From Ylistrum balloti (lineage: Eukaryota): a stretch of 64,000 bases of DNA. The notes below the pieces were generated by a model that saw only the letters and a program-made list of their open reading frames with translations, had not been told where the DNA came from and ran no database searches. Below, one piece after another: positions 15,001 to 25,511 of the stretch (its first letter is position 1; each line of letters opens with the position of its first letter). The stretch spans positions 434,001 through 498,000 of the forward strand of contig NW_026782059.1 of the NCBI RefSeq assembly GCF_031769215.1, in the 5' to 3' direction. The position numbers were made by a program, and so were the translations under genes.

Positions 15001-18000
15001 ATCCTATGTAACTATGACTTCAACCCAATGCTTTGATTACAGATAAAGGACAAACAACAGGTAAAATAAATCATAATTATCATTTTTATCTCATAGTGAG
15101 TTATCTCCCTTTCTGACTTTCCATTTCTGTTTTATTTCAGAAGTACAATTTACTAAAACAGAGATTAACAGGAAGGCTACAATATTTTTATGGCATACTG
15201 GTTAAAACGTTGGTTATATACCTGCATCAGAGCACACAGCATGTCCACCGCTGCATGTGTCACACCGGAGTCCTTCCGCTTTAAAGCTTTTACCACTTTC
15301 AAACCAACTCTCTCACGCATTCTACAACAAAACGCAGTTATAGTGAAATTATCTCTTATGTCTCCTGTCCATTACAAAAACCAAATCAAATTTAGTCAGG
15401 ACACGGTTACTGCTTCAGCAACGTTTACCCTTTTAATGTCCTTTCATGTTCCCTGATATCAGTTGACAGCATAATGTGTTAAAACTTACTGTTTCAAAGT
15501 TACAGTCCTAACCCCTTCATACAAAAACAAGACCTATTTAACAAAGGTACCTTTCCATATATTGTTGTGACATTTGTAAAACTATGACATATTCTTAAAA
15601 TAACCTTTGTTATCATTGTGTATGTACACCACACGGTAACCTATATCCAAAACTCGGAAACCTACTTTTAAAACAATATCATACTTTACTGAATTTAATC
15701 AATACCTTTTGTAAACTTTGAATTTTGCTTTAACACCTGTATACTTATGTTTTATTTATATACATTTGTGACTAAGTCAGCTGCCTTTAGAAATGTGCAG
15801 TTTAAACTATTTCTGTAAATTATTTTATCAGCACCAGTGAGCTTGTGACCTATTTGTATAAACTTGTGACCTACTTTGGTAAGTCTGTGACCTACTTTTG
15901 TAAGTTTGTGACCTACTTTGGTAAATTGGTGACCTACTTTGGTAAGTTTATGACCTACTTTGGTAAATTTGTGACCTACTTTGGTAAGTTTGTGACCAAT
16001 TTTGATAAGTTTGTGACCTACTTTGTTAAGTTTATGACCTACTTTGGTAAGTTTGTGAAGGCCTGGAATCCAGCTTTTGAAGCGACTAATCGTCTAAGAG
16101 CATGGAATTGAGCTTCCAGACAAGCTACTGGAATTGAGTTCTGATCTCCCTCTCGGTCCAACAGACTCCCTAGGGCACCATTAATTAGCTTTTCTTTGTT
16201 CTCTGCAAACAGGCCCTGAAATTTAAATATTCAAAATTATTTTCTAAATCATTTTCTATAGAGTATCAACAATATACCACCCATCAAGTATTAAGAATTC
16301 TATCAAATTTTATGTGTATAGATATTACAAATCTCGACTCGGGTGTGACATTTAATATACTTACATCTTGTGTAACAGCATGAAGTAGTCCACTATAGGA
16401 TATATTACTGTTAAATCTGGCTACAGCTTCATCAAATGTCATAGAAACTGAAATAAATATTTAAAAATCTAAAATTTTCTAAAAAACAAATTCAAAAAAA
16501 AAAAAAACCTGATTCATTTCAAAAGTTTGCTTCATTCTGGTTCTGGTTCCAAATCAGACACTTCACTGGTACATAGGGTACATAGATGTTAGGCTGATAG
16601 CAGTATCCCCAAAGAATAAGTGTTTCAATTTTATCACCATTTTTTATCTGATGTGGAATTAAGTTGTCCCTCTACCACAGTAAAGAGTTATACATTGTGT
16701 GTAAGAGAAATATGACTATTCTTTTTTTTTTTTTATTTTACATATCAATTCTGATAGAAATATAACCGCTGGATTGATATTTCTGCTGTTGCTATTGATA
16801 CTATAAAAAACTTCCTGATACATTTCTCCCAATTAACTTGAGATATCGTAATCTTTAAACAGGTTGACATTCAATAAATAATTTATACAGAGAAAAAAAC
16901 ACAAAAAATTATCATGAAATCATATTTCAGGGCCTGAACACCTGAAAAAATGGGCTTTTTGTACAAGTAAAACTGCAAAAAAGAAATTAAAAATATAAAT
17001 AAATAACATAATACAACCCCATCTTTTGTTTAAAATCATAAATATAAATAGTTACCTGGTTGTATCATCATTTTCAAATGCTGACTTTCTACTTCTTCGT
17101 CGACAGGAACAGTAAAGGGGCCTGCAAAAGAAATTGGTAATGGTAATGGTTACAGGGATAAAACAAAAAACACAATTCAGATTAAGCAGTCCTTTGGACC
17201 AGGTGAGCTCAGAACCACCATATATACAACATAGTTTTTTTCTTTCACTAAGGATGCATCTGACCAAATTTGTTCAAAATCTGCAATGTAGTTCAAAACT
17301 AGTTGCAATTTGTAGAAAAAGTTGAAAGACAGACATTATGGTATGACATAAGCTCATTGGTCCTTCAAACCAGCTGAGTTATAAACTAAGTGAACAGGGA
17401 CTATAAAAAATTCAGGTACAACTACAGTATCACTTTAACAGTAGATCAGAATTCCACCTACCTAATCTAAAGCCTCTGTGTGTGAATTTCATTTTGATGC
17501 AAACATCACGATTTCCGGATGCTCTCACACCATCCAGTAACGATGCTATCAAAGCATCTCTGTAAAGAAAAGAATGGAAAATTTAACACTGAATTGTTAT
17601 TAAAGAATCCAACATTCCATCACTCTTACATATAATATCAATTCTTCTAAGGCATAACATTTGATTGGCCAATAAAGATAATCATGTGACAGTATAACAA
17701 TGATATATTGTCCACAAATTTTCTCATTTTTTAACATGGTGTCACACTAACTATTATTTTCATGTATGTTACGTGTATCAGAAATCTGAACCTAGATTTC
17801 TGAAATCATGCTAAAATGAGGAACTAAACTAATGTTTTTTCTTTTTTAAACATATAAAAATTAGCATACAGATAACCCCATTGTGTTTATATAGATATAT
17901 TTTTTTATATTCCAAAAATATATCTGGTCTGAATGTGATGAAGTGCCTGTCTTAGCGACTCAGGCATTTGACTTAAAAGTTAGATAGCTGTGCTCATTTC

Positions 18001-20319
18001 ACTTACCTGTCTGTAGAGAGGTATGTCCTTATTGCACCTTTTACATATTCAATACTAAACTTTTGTGGGTTTTCACTATCACGAATTATTGCAAAAATCT
18101 GAGGAAAAAAATGCAAAAAAAATTTGTGACTTTGAGAAAAATATTTTGAAAAACTTAACACTGAATAAATTGAGAAATTAACAGGCAGCCTAATATCCTG
18201 TCCACACTTCTGTTGGTACTTTTTGATAGTGTAAAGCAATTAAACAATCCAGTGTTGTATACAGTAAAAGTCTGTTACCTACATTTAAATCTTTGTATCA
18301 ACACCTCATCTTGATGATTATAAGTGTAAACATGAACTCCTATAGCACTGACTGATTTTGTTTCTATTTTTATGTAAAACCCAGAGGTCAGCAGCATATT
18401 ATGTATGGGTCAACAATGTTAACCTTTCTGTGATCTGACAGAGTCCATCTTGATTGAAGTATTATAGTGAGCGAGATTTCCAAGAAATAGTAAATGTAAA
18501 TTTAAGTGTTGTATATTGCAGCATATGATTGAACAGCATGTAATCCGATGTAAATAGAGTACAGTATAATATTTGTGACATTCTAATGGAGATAAAGAGT
18601 TCAACACTAAAGGTTGACTATCTGTTTACAGTTAGGTTAGTCAGAATCAGTTATGCGGTCAAAATAACCGTTCCAGCACCCTAAGGAGATACATTTCAAC
18701 ACTAAATGTTGACTATCTGTTTACAGCTAGGTTAGTCAGAATCAGTTTTGTTTTGATAACCGTTCCAGCACCCTACAGGAGATACAGTTCAACACTAAAG
18801 GTTGACTATCTGTTTACAGTTAGGTTAGTCAGAATCAGTCATGCGGTCAAAATATTTGTTTTGATAACCGTTCCAGCACGCTACAGGAGATAGACTTCTA
18901 CACAAAAGGTTGACTATCTGGTTAGTTAGGTTAGTCAGAATCAGTCATGGGGTCAAAATTTTTCCTTACTATTTCAGCACAACAGAAATTGTAGAATATT
19001 CAAATATTCAACACTTCATCAGATGACAATAAAATCTCTCAAATAACTGATATATCTACTTTGTAACAGAGGTCATTGTCTCTGCTAGGATTCAAACCCG
19101 GGACCTCTGGCTTACTGGTATATTTCTGCTTGTATTTACCAGGTTAGTTTTTTAAATATTATTTTTCTTTTTTTTTTAAATACTTCTTTTGAAAAATAGA
19201 CAATATTAGAGTTGGAAGGTGTATTGCTTTCAATAAATTTCCATCAAAAATGTTTAAGAATCAAATTTATTTCATAAAGTAGAATATGTCTTTTTATTTT
19301 ACAATATCAATGAAAACCATTTTTCCCTCATTTATCATAATTTCACAATTTGCCAACATTACTATGAAAGATCAGAGACAGTGAAGGGATGACTGTACTT
19401 ACATCACAGAGGGGTTTACAAGTAACCACGTTGTACGTGGCTGGATCTCTCTCTACCATACATGTCTCAGATAAACACAGTGTTCGCCTCACATTGTCAG
19501 TGTGACGCGGTGAAATCTTCTGCACCATAAATTCTGCATACGACGTCAATGCTTCATCAGTGCTTGAAATTGAGAAGCAACAACTTTTATATAAAATTCG
19601 GCAAAAAGATAATTGATAAATATTCATTTAAATCTAGCTGATACTTGTAGATTTCATCCAGCAAACATTGTAGATTTCATCCAGCAAACAGACAATTAAT
19701 CGGGCATCAAATGGCAGGAACATAAAAATATATGAGAGGGGAATGTGTAAATGACAGAAAATTAGAATTTAGTTTACTTCTGGGTAGTGAGGTAAAATAA
19801 AATCATGTCTTTTCTCAATCGTACATTTTCATGTAAGTGTGTATCTTTTCTCTCCCCAGTTTATTCTAATCACAACAAAAAAGAAATCTGACAATACTAA
19901 GCACATACTACAGTATAAATAACATCTGAATACTTATATAACCAGTTTTTGTTTCTTACCTGTGTTTTCCCATCCTGTTGAGGATGAATTGTTGGAATGT
20001 TATTGGTTCTCGCCGCTGTTTCACAGCAATTCCAACATAAGCAGCAGCTGACTCCATCACATGCTTAATTAGGTCATCTTTCTGCTCCAGGGCAAAGAGG
20101 TGCTACAAGGGAAGTAACTCTAATTTCAAAAGGCAGTTCAAAACCAGGTATGCCTCTAGATATCTTATCTTTTTGTCATGGTAGTTTATTAGCTCATGTG
20201 CCCAATCATAAATATTTTTTTTAAAAATAATTATAAGTTTGGAATGAAAATCATCAATTGAATTTTTTCTTCTTTAAGAGTCATATTGACAATAAATAAA
20301 TAAATAAAAAAAATAAACG

Positions 20320-20352
<33 letters not shown>

Positions 20353-23300
20353 GACATGGAATATTTTACTTGATTTTTGGATTGGGGTAGTGATACATGT
20401 AGTTTACAAGGCAAGGTTCATCATTTTTTGAAGTAAAATTTTAATTGTAACATTGCAGTATCAGACTTGGTCAAACTTGCTTGAAAATATACTGATTAAT
20501 CTAATCTAATGAGTACTCACCAACCGACTAAATCCACCATGAATGATTGCCACTCCACCTGGGTAATCTGTCACCTGTGACACAGAATTCAATTCAAATC
20601 ATCAGCTTAGTTCATTTCAATGATTTCTTCTTTAAATCAATCACATAGAATTAACATAAATAAAGAACAAATTGAATAACGAAAATAATTGAAATTGTAA
20701 ATTACAAAAGTGACTTTGTTCATTTTAATCCAATGTTTTGAAACATGTTTTTGCCCCTTTAAATTTAAGAGAAAATGTAGCTACACTTCTATATGTACAA
20801 CTGCTAAAAATTGATGATTACCTGAATCAGAAAGTAAAAATCTCTGCAAACAATACTCATTAGAAAATTGTCTTTAACGACTTATGAAATGAAAGTTACC
20901 TTTGTGAGACCCTCCATGTCTTTGTAAAGGTAAGAACACAGCATCTTGTTGGTGGACGGGTCAATTTGATCCAGTGATCCTGGATTGACCTCTAGAATCA
21001 CAGGGACACGGTTTTCTGACCAATGACATTTGAAAGCATTGAACCTCTGTCAAAAAAAATTAGATTAGCATGTAGATACAATAGAAATGTAATATTATTT
21101 TCCTTGTTCAGAAACTTTGACCAAAAGGAATACTGCAAAGCAGTTTTTATTAAACCAAAAATTAATATAAAAATATGAATTCTTTGTTTATTCAATCTTA
21201 TTTAATAATTAAGATATTTTCAAAATAACCATGAATATGTGGCTTACCTTTGTTGTTTTTGTGACTTCTGCAAATTTGTTCCTAAATTTCTGCGAATAAA
21301 ATGAAAATAAACTATTTTAAATATCAATTTTTATGTACAACAGAAACTTTACTGCAGGTAGGTACTACAACCTGGGCATTTGTTATCTATCTTTTTTTTT
21401 TTACATTTTGAACCAAATGATTGATAACATATCGTCATAGATGATAACAATGAAATATTTTTCAGTCCCTTAATGTAACTGATTTCAATAAACTGAATTG
21501 GTGATAGAATTCATGATTTTTTTAAAAAAAATTGTCTTTAACAGCATCTTTCAGGTGGGAAGAATTTTCTAAAAAGATCAGGGAAGAGAAAACACACATA
21601 GCATTTCATTCAACCTCTATAGATGGAGTTGATGAAATTAGTTCTGAATACAATGTAAAGTACATAGAAAAGGAAAGAAGATCATCTACATACCAGTGCT
21701 TCAGTAAGGAGATCTGGTCGATGATCTGTGGAAAATTTCATCGAGTCTGTCTTCTTACCCTTCTTCATGGTAATGATAAACTCATTGTTGGTAGGAGCTC
21801 TCACATTTGGTGCAATGCTGATGAATTCCTCATAAGCCCACTATAAAATACACTTCATCATAATGCTAGTCTACTGAAGGTTTCAGGTAGTTCTGCTAAT
21901 AGAGGTTCGTAAACTTAATTATGTGCATACTTTCAATCGAAATTAACATGTCAAGAAACACCTGGTGGCGATCTTGATTACAGTATTTAGTCACGCAAAC
22001 TACAGTTATAATCAGAACATACACAGAGCAGGTCTCTCAAACTTCAAACGACAAAATTCAAATAGATTATTGCTGCAGTCTTGAAAATCTGAACATGTGA
22101 ACATGAACAAATGTGTCAATCACAACTAGAACATATCCTACACACAGAAGTTCCCTTCAAGCACCTAGAAGACCACAGTTATACTATGTTATATGAAAAT
22201 CTTTCTGGATGAAAACACTAATTTGGTTCCTGAAATTACTGCCACAATCTGAAAAATATATTTTCTCATGAAAATCTACACACTATGGCAAAGCACAGAT
22301 AGAGAAATTTCTAAAAATTTCAAGAAGATCTCTTCAGTACTTTAGGACAAATAGTTGTAAAAACCTTGAACTTCCCAAAGCTAAAATAACTTCGCACCAA
22401 CATCTGAATTTCCAAATAAGTTCAAAATGTGGAAAGCACAAAGTTCCCTCCAGTGGTGTCTCTGAAAGATCCCTCAAGTGATGTCTGGAGAAATTTCAGC
22501 CAAACTGTTAGTAGTTGATAACAGAATGGAGGGACAGATCTCTGACAAAGAACAATCCGAAAATCCTAGCAACTGATGAGACTTGTTATCTTTTTGATCA
22601 AATTCCATCATCTAAATTCTTTGGAAAAACTTCCATTTATCATTAACTAAATAAAATGTATTATTTTTAATACAAGAACATGTGAAAAAGTCTATGCATA
22701 AGAAACCTTTAAATATAGAGACAGAACATATCTGAAAATGAGACTGACCTGGTTTGTGACCTCCAAAGTCTGGGGATTATAGGTTGTGATTCCAAGCGTC
22801 CCAACAGAGAAAATCCTCTTGTATCTGGAAAACAAAATGTCATAGATCATTATTAATGATAGACTTCTTTTAACATAAATTTAATGATAGTGCTATTCAA
22901 AAGAATTTCTCCTTTTAAAGATGATAGGAATCTTAAAGTACTGTAGCTTATATAGGATATCAAAATCTTTGAAATACATATAATTCCATGAGCGATCATA
23001 CAATGTACAGTTCTGTCTTTTTAGGACACCAGATTTTACTTTATGTTTGGATTGGCTTTTAACAATGCTGTTCTTTTGAATGTGTCATAGAAAGAAAATT
23101 TTAACGTTTCCCATTGGATATCCTTTATATATTTCACTGATATGACAGAATATATCTTTTCTCCATTTTTGCCTGTGAAATATAGGAATTTGTCAACATG
23201 ATAAAAACTAATATCATCATTGCAGTGAAGAGATAAGAAAACCATAAATATATATAGTATTTTACCAGGGTTACATATATATATATACATATACATTTTA

Positions 23301-23452
23301 TCATCAGGAAGAAACATATTATTACACTGCTAAAAAAGGAAATATAAGCAACAGTGATTTAACGGTCTTCTGAGATCTACTTACTTCCCTTTCCAGGAGT
23401 GCTTAGTTATAAAATAGCAAGCTATATCCTTGTTATCTTTCATGGAACCCAT
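1..23452 (-). CDS. DNAJC13: DnaJ homolog subfamily C member 13 (RME-8), 5' part (38 coding exons, ~1447 aa; gene continues beyond window start)
   Basis: 38 GT-AG exons join in consistent phase (sum 4341 nt) from [23 protein letters not shown] to [10 protein letters not shown]. The translation follows recalled human DNAJC13 motifs (KHSWxGKYKR, [60 protein letters not shown]). The HPD falls at ~aa 1324, as expected. Confidence 0.97.
480..664 (-). CDS. DNAJC13: DNAJC13 coding exon 37
   Basis: [28 protein letters not shown]...[14 protein letters not shown]; AG/GT boundaries. Confidence 0.95.
1170..1302 (-). CDS. DNAJC13: DNAJC13 coding exon 36 (J-domain end)
   Basis: [44 protein letters not shown]. 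Confidence 0.95.
1460..1538 (-). CDS. DNAJC13: DNAJC13 coding exon 35 (J-domain, HPD motif)
   Basis: [26 protein letters not shown]. Confidence 0.96.
2016..2131 (-). CDS. DNAJC13: DNAJC13 coding exon 34
   Basis: [38 protein letters not shown]. Confidence 0.95.
2976..3177 (-). CDS. DNAJC13: DNAJC13 coding exon 33
   Basis: [23 protein letters not shown]...[25 protein letters not shown]. Confidence 0.95.
3457..3611 (-). CDS. DNAJC13: DNAJC13 coding exon 32
   Basis: [27 protein letters not shown]...[14 protein letters not shown]. Confidence 0.95.
3987..4355. repeat. 32-bp minisatellite, ~11 copies
   Basis: unit TCTACACTGTAATACTTTGTTGGAGAGATATG. Confidence 0.95.
4379..4579 (-). CDS. DNAJC13: DNAJC13 coding exon 31
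   Basis: [13 protein letters not shown]...[24 protein letters not shown]...QAFRSDE. Confidence 0.95.
4793..4877 (-). CDS. DNAJC13: DNAJC13 coding exon 30
   Basis: [28 protein letters not shown]. Confidence 0.93.
5100..5302 (-). CDS. DNAJC13: DNAJC13 coding exon 29 (GYF-like domain)
   Basis: [35 protein letters not shown]...MSDYYPS. Confidence 0.95.
5383..5555. repeat. ~26-bp minisatellite, ~6 copies
   Basis: unit TTTTGAGATGTTCCCAGTCAGAATGG. Confidence 0.85.
5601..5705 (-). CDS. DNAJC13: DNAJC13 coding exon 28 (GYF-like domain start)
   Basis: [35 protein letters not shown]. Confidence 0.95.
5765..5965. repeat. 30-bp minisatellite, ~6 copies
   Basis: unit TCACAAACTCATTATCAGCTGTTATATAAA. 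Confidence 0.9.
6115..6216 (-). CDS. DNAJC13: DNAJC13 coding exon 27
   Basis: [34 protein letters not shown]. Confidence 0.94.
6395..6700. mobile_element. Fragment of the same dispersed family as 55490-56725
   Basis: AAGATGGCTGCCTGTCAGCCATT...GGCACAACTAGGGATCAAGG closely matches 56350-56430. Confidence 0.55.
6858..6920 (-). CDS. DNAJC13: DNAJC13 coding exon 26
   Basis: [21 protein letters not shown]. Confidence 0.93.
7224..7383 (-). CDS. DNAJC13: DNAJC13 coding exon 25
   Basis: [27 protein letters not shown]...[11 protein letters not shown]. Confidence 0.95.
7553..7625 (-). CDS. DNAJC13: DNAJC13 coding exon 24
   Basis: [23 protein letters not shown]. Confidence 0.93.
7975..8805. repeat. 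62-bp minisatellite, ~13 copies
   Basis: unit GGAGTCAGAGGCAATGTTCAGGCCCCTGGCTTATTCTCCTGTAATCACTCTGTCCCCTACTA. Confidence 0.97.
9058..9202 (-). CDS. DNAJC13: DNAJC13 coding exon 23
   Basis: [23 protein letters not shown]...[19 protein letters not shown]. Confidence 0.94.
9582..9710 (-). CDS. DNAJC13: DNAJC13 coding exon 22
   Basis: [43 protein letters not shown]. Confidence 0.95.
10097..10207 (-). CDS. DNAJC13: DNAJC13 coding exon 21
   Basis: [37 protein letters not shown]. Confidence 0.9.
10401..10496 (-). CDS. DNAJC13: DNAJC13 coding exon 20
   Basis: [32 protein letters not shown]. Confidence 0.92.
10971..11046 (-). CDS. DNAJC13: DNAJC13 coding exon 19
   Basis: [25 protein letters not shown]. 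Confidence 0.93.
11979..12100 (-). CDS. DNAJC13: DNAJC13 coding exon 18
   Basis: [40 protein letters not shown]. Confidence 0.94.
12778..12834 (-). CDS. DNAJC13: DNAJC13 coding exon 17
   Basis: [19 protein letters not shown]. Confidence 0.93.
13192..13347 (-). CDS. DNAJC13: DNAJC13 coding exon 16
   Basis: [39 protein letters not shown]...KLFQ. Confidence 0.95.
14040..14680. mobile_element. Intronic element with ~140-bp degenerate internal repeats
   Basis: three copies of CATGCTACAGG(T/C)CCAATA...CCTTTTGGTT..GA(G)AA(A)AAG...GGGTCAAGG(T/C)CATTCA; inverted GGTCATCTGACTG motifs at ~14062 and ~14660. Confidence 0.4.
14735..14842 (-). CDS. DNAJC13: DNAJC13 coding exon 15
   Basis: [36 protein letters not shown]. 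Confidence 0.94.
15222..15321 (-). CDS. DNAJC13: DNAJC13 coding exon 14
   Basis: [33 protein letters not shown]. Confidence 0.94.
15845..16054. repeat. 21-bp minisatellite, 10 copies, overlapping the DNAJC13 exon-13 donor
   Basis: unit GTGACCTACTTTGGTAAGTTT. Confidence 0.95.
16043..16215 (-). CDS. DNAJC13: DNAJC13 coding exon 13
   Basis: [12 protein letters not shown]...[25 protein letters not shown]; length 173 nt fits flanking phases. Confidence 0.92.
16365..16447 (-). CDS. DNAJC13: DNAJC13 coding exon 12
   Basis: [27 protein letters not shown]. Confidence 0.94.
17056..17121 (-). CDS. DNAJC13: DNAJC13 coding exon 11
   Basis: [21 protein letters not shown]. Confidence 0.92.
17462..17559 (-). 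CDS. DNAJC13: DNAJC13 coding exon 10
   Basis: [32 protein letters not shown]. Confidence 0.95.
18007..18098 (-). CDS. DNAJC13: DNAJC13 coding exon 9
   Basis: [30 protein letters not shown]. Confidence 0.94.
18601..18960. repeat. ~92-110-bp tandem repeat, ~4 copies
   Basis: CAACACTAAAGGTTGACTATCTGTTTACAGTTAGGTTAGTCAGAATCAG...AACCGTTCCAGCAC. Confidence 0.9.
19071..19120 (-). mobile_element. tRNA-like / SINE-head fragment
   Basis: CCAGAGGTCCCGGGTTTGAATCCTAGC resembles a tRNA T-arm/B-box; no A-box or full cloverleaf seen. Confidence 0.3.
19403..19562 (-). CDS. DNAJC13: DNAJC13 coding exon 8
   Basis: [20 protein letters not shown]...[20 protein letters not shown]. Confidence 0.95.
19960..20102 (-). 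CDS. DNAJC13: DNAJC13 coding exon 7
   Basis: [47 protein letters not shown]. Confidence 0.93.
20521..20574 (-). CDS. DNAJC13: DNAJC13 coding exon 6
   Basis: [18 protein letters not shown]. Confidence 0.92.
20900..21046 (-). CDS. DNAJC13: DNAJC13 coding exon 5
   Basis: [49 protein letters not shown]. Confidence 0.94.
21248..21289 (-). CDS. DNAJC13: DNAJC13 coding exon 4
   Basis: [14 protein letters not shown]; phase 0/0 between neighbours. Confidence 0.85.
21694..21840 (-). CDS. DNAJC13: DNAJC13 coding exon 3
   Basis: [14 protein letters not shown]...[21 protein letters not shown]. Confidence 0.94.
22749..22824 (-). CDS. DNAJC13: DNAJC13 coding exon 2
   Basis: [25 protein letters not shown]. 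Confidence 0.95.
23385..23452 (-). CDS. DNAJC13: DNAJC13 coding exon 1 (start codon; exon begins at 23464 after an acceptor, so a non-coding exon lies upstream)
   Basis: ATG at 23452-23450, [22 protein letters not shown], donor GTAAGT at 23384. Confidence 0.93.
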
Positions 23453-25196
23453 CTTGGGCAAAGTCTGAAACATAATTAATACACCATAATTAATTACATA
23501 TCATAAAAAATATTTCCAATTCATCAAAAATCGAATTTCACAGGACTGCTTCAAACTGGACACTACATATTCAGAATGTATAAATTTGATTGAAACATAA
23601 ATATTTTTAATGTAATAAGGATATCATAGATGAGTGATCTCAACAGTGACCAGCTGAACAAGATCTTGTTAAGCTGGTCAATGTCGAGATCACTCTTCTA
23701 TGATATCCTTAATATGTTAACAGGAAGATTGGTTGACTCCATGCATATCTTTAGATATCCGTTCTCCAGTGACTGTATTAACTAAGAAATGTACCTATAT
23801 TCAATAACGGTGTTGGCTCTTTTCCCCTTTTCATAAATACTTTTAGTATTGCACTAAGACTTATATTACAAAATTCTGACCAGAATGTTAAAAAATATTG
23901 CTTGGTTATGTTCCTATAGCAATGCCAATAAATCTTTGTCTGGTAGTAAACTCATTGTACCATATCTAGTGCTATATTTAGTAGATTTTCAAACAAATGC
24001 TATTTAATTTTCTATAACAAATCCTGTTTCCTTATTACAGGTTATTACTGGAGATAATTAATTAAAAAAAAAATAAATGAAATAAAGAAAGAGGAATCTA
24101 CCAGAAAACTGTCAGAGCCACAATATTACATATAAAGTTCAACATCTAAATGTCAACCAGCTATAATAGAACAAGATAATCTTATCTGTGTATACCAATT
24201 TGATGTTTAGTAGATAGATACATAAACCTTGTGTATATGTAAACACAATTCTAGGTCACACAAACCGAAATCACAAAAACAAAATATAAAGCTGTATAAT
24301 ACATGTGTTACAGTGATAATATCTCCAGCAAGGGATTTCCTTGTTCATATCCATATATATATATTTATCTGATAAACTTATACTATTGTTATTGTTATAT
24401 ATTGACGTGTGTGTCTGCATCATCTGAATATAAGGTAGATTGTGTTGTTATAACATTAATAAGAAAACACCCACCTTTGTCATAACAGAGTATAAACATC
24501 ATGGAGCAATGAAATCCCTCAGAAGGAGATCTTAATAAAATGATAACTTTGAATGAAATTATGATCCATGTTGCCTCTTCAAACAATCAATGTATAAATT
24601 AAGACCAAAGACATAATGTGTATAACAGTTACATTGCAATTGGTTGTCATTACAGCCACAAAAGGCTAACCGGAATACAGTCGTATGACACTCTATTCAG
24701 TCTCATGAATCCGAGAACCGTCTAAGCTGATCAGAGAAAGCAGGAAGAGTACTCAGGCTCTGTCTAAGAAGACCTAAGGCCTAAGCCAGAAATGTGCTGC
24801 AAAGGACGAATCCTACCTGAGAGAAGAGTCATAGTTTCCATTCAATTTAATACATGTTCTTTTTGCAGAGTGTCCTTGTAGTCTTTATTTTTACTGAAAG
24901 ATGAATTCGTTTGTTTTCTAGGAAGTGAAACATACTTTCTTTTCACAGCTATGTCATGAAAATTGACACGTAGGCAGTACCCACACTTGTTGGTCATACA
25001 TGTTTAGCTGTCAGTGACATAGAAACCTAAATATTAGAATTTTAAGTCATGCAAAGCTATATTCAATCACACCACTCTCAAAGGGGGAGGGGTCGAACAG
25101 ACCTGAAGAACATCGAACTATCAAACACTTCCTTGATTCGGTGTGAAATCAAACCAAACTACCAATGTGATATGGCTAAAATTCAAGGTTACTTAC

Positions 25197-25511
25197 AATG
25201 TTGATTAACACAACTTCATGCAAATTAGCTTTTAAGGTGTAAAGTAATAATATTCATTATTCTTCTAGGTCTCTTAGCATAACATCATCAGTTTCGCCGA
25301 ACTAGGTGGCTGCCATGTTGATATTTTTTACAGTTCCGGTCATGCGCGTGATTACTCCCACTTCTCGTTACTTCACGCAGACTTATCGCCGATCTCGTTA
25401 TTCGCACTTGGCAACCCAAAGCGTCCTCGGTGATTAGACAGGACTTAGCCGGCTATATTCCAACTTCATCTGGATATCTATGTGTTGAATAGAGATAAAT
25501 GAAAGAGACAG
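25197..25511. promoter_or_regulatory. Candidate bidirectional promoter / non-coding first exons (DNAJC13 on minus; a plus-strand transcript, possibly LRRD1)
   Basis: CpG-richer island in AT-rich DNA; YY1-like CAACATGGCAGC (minus, 25309-25320); ETS-like CCGGAA (minus, 25334-25339); minus donor GTAAGT at 25196 and plus donor CAG|GTATGT at 25512. Confidence 0.5.
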
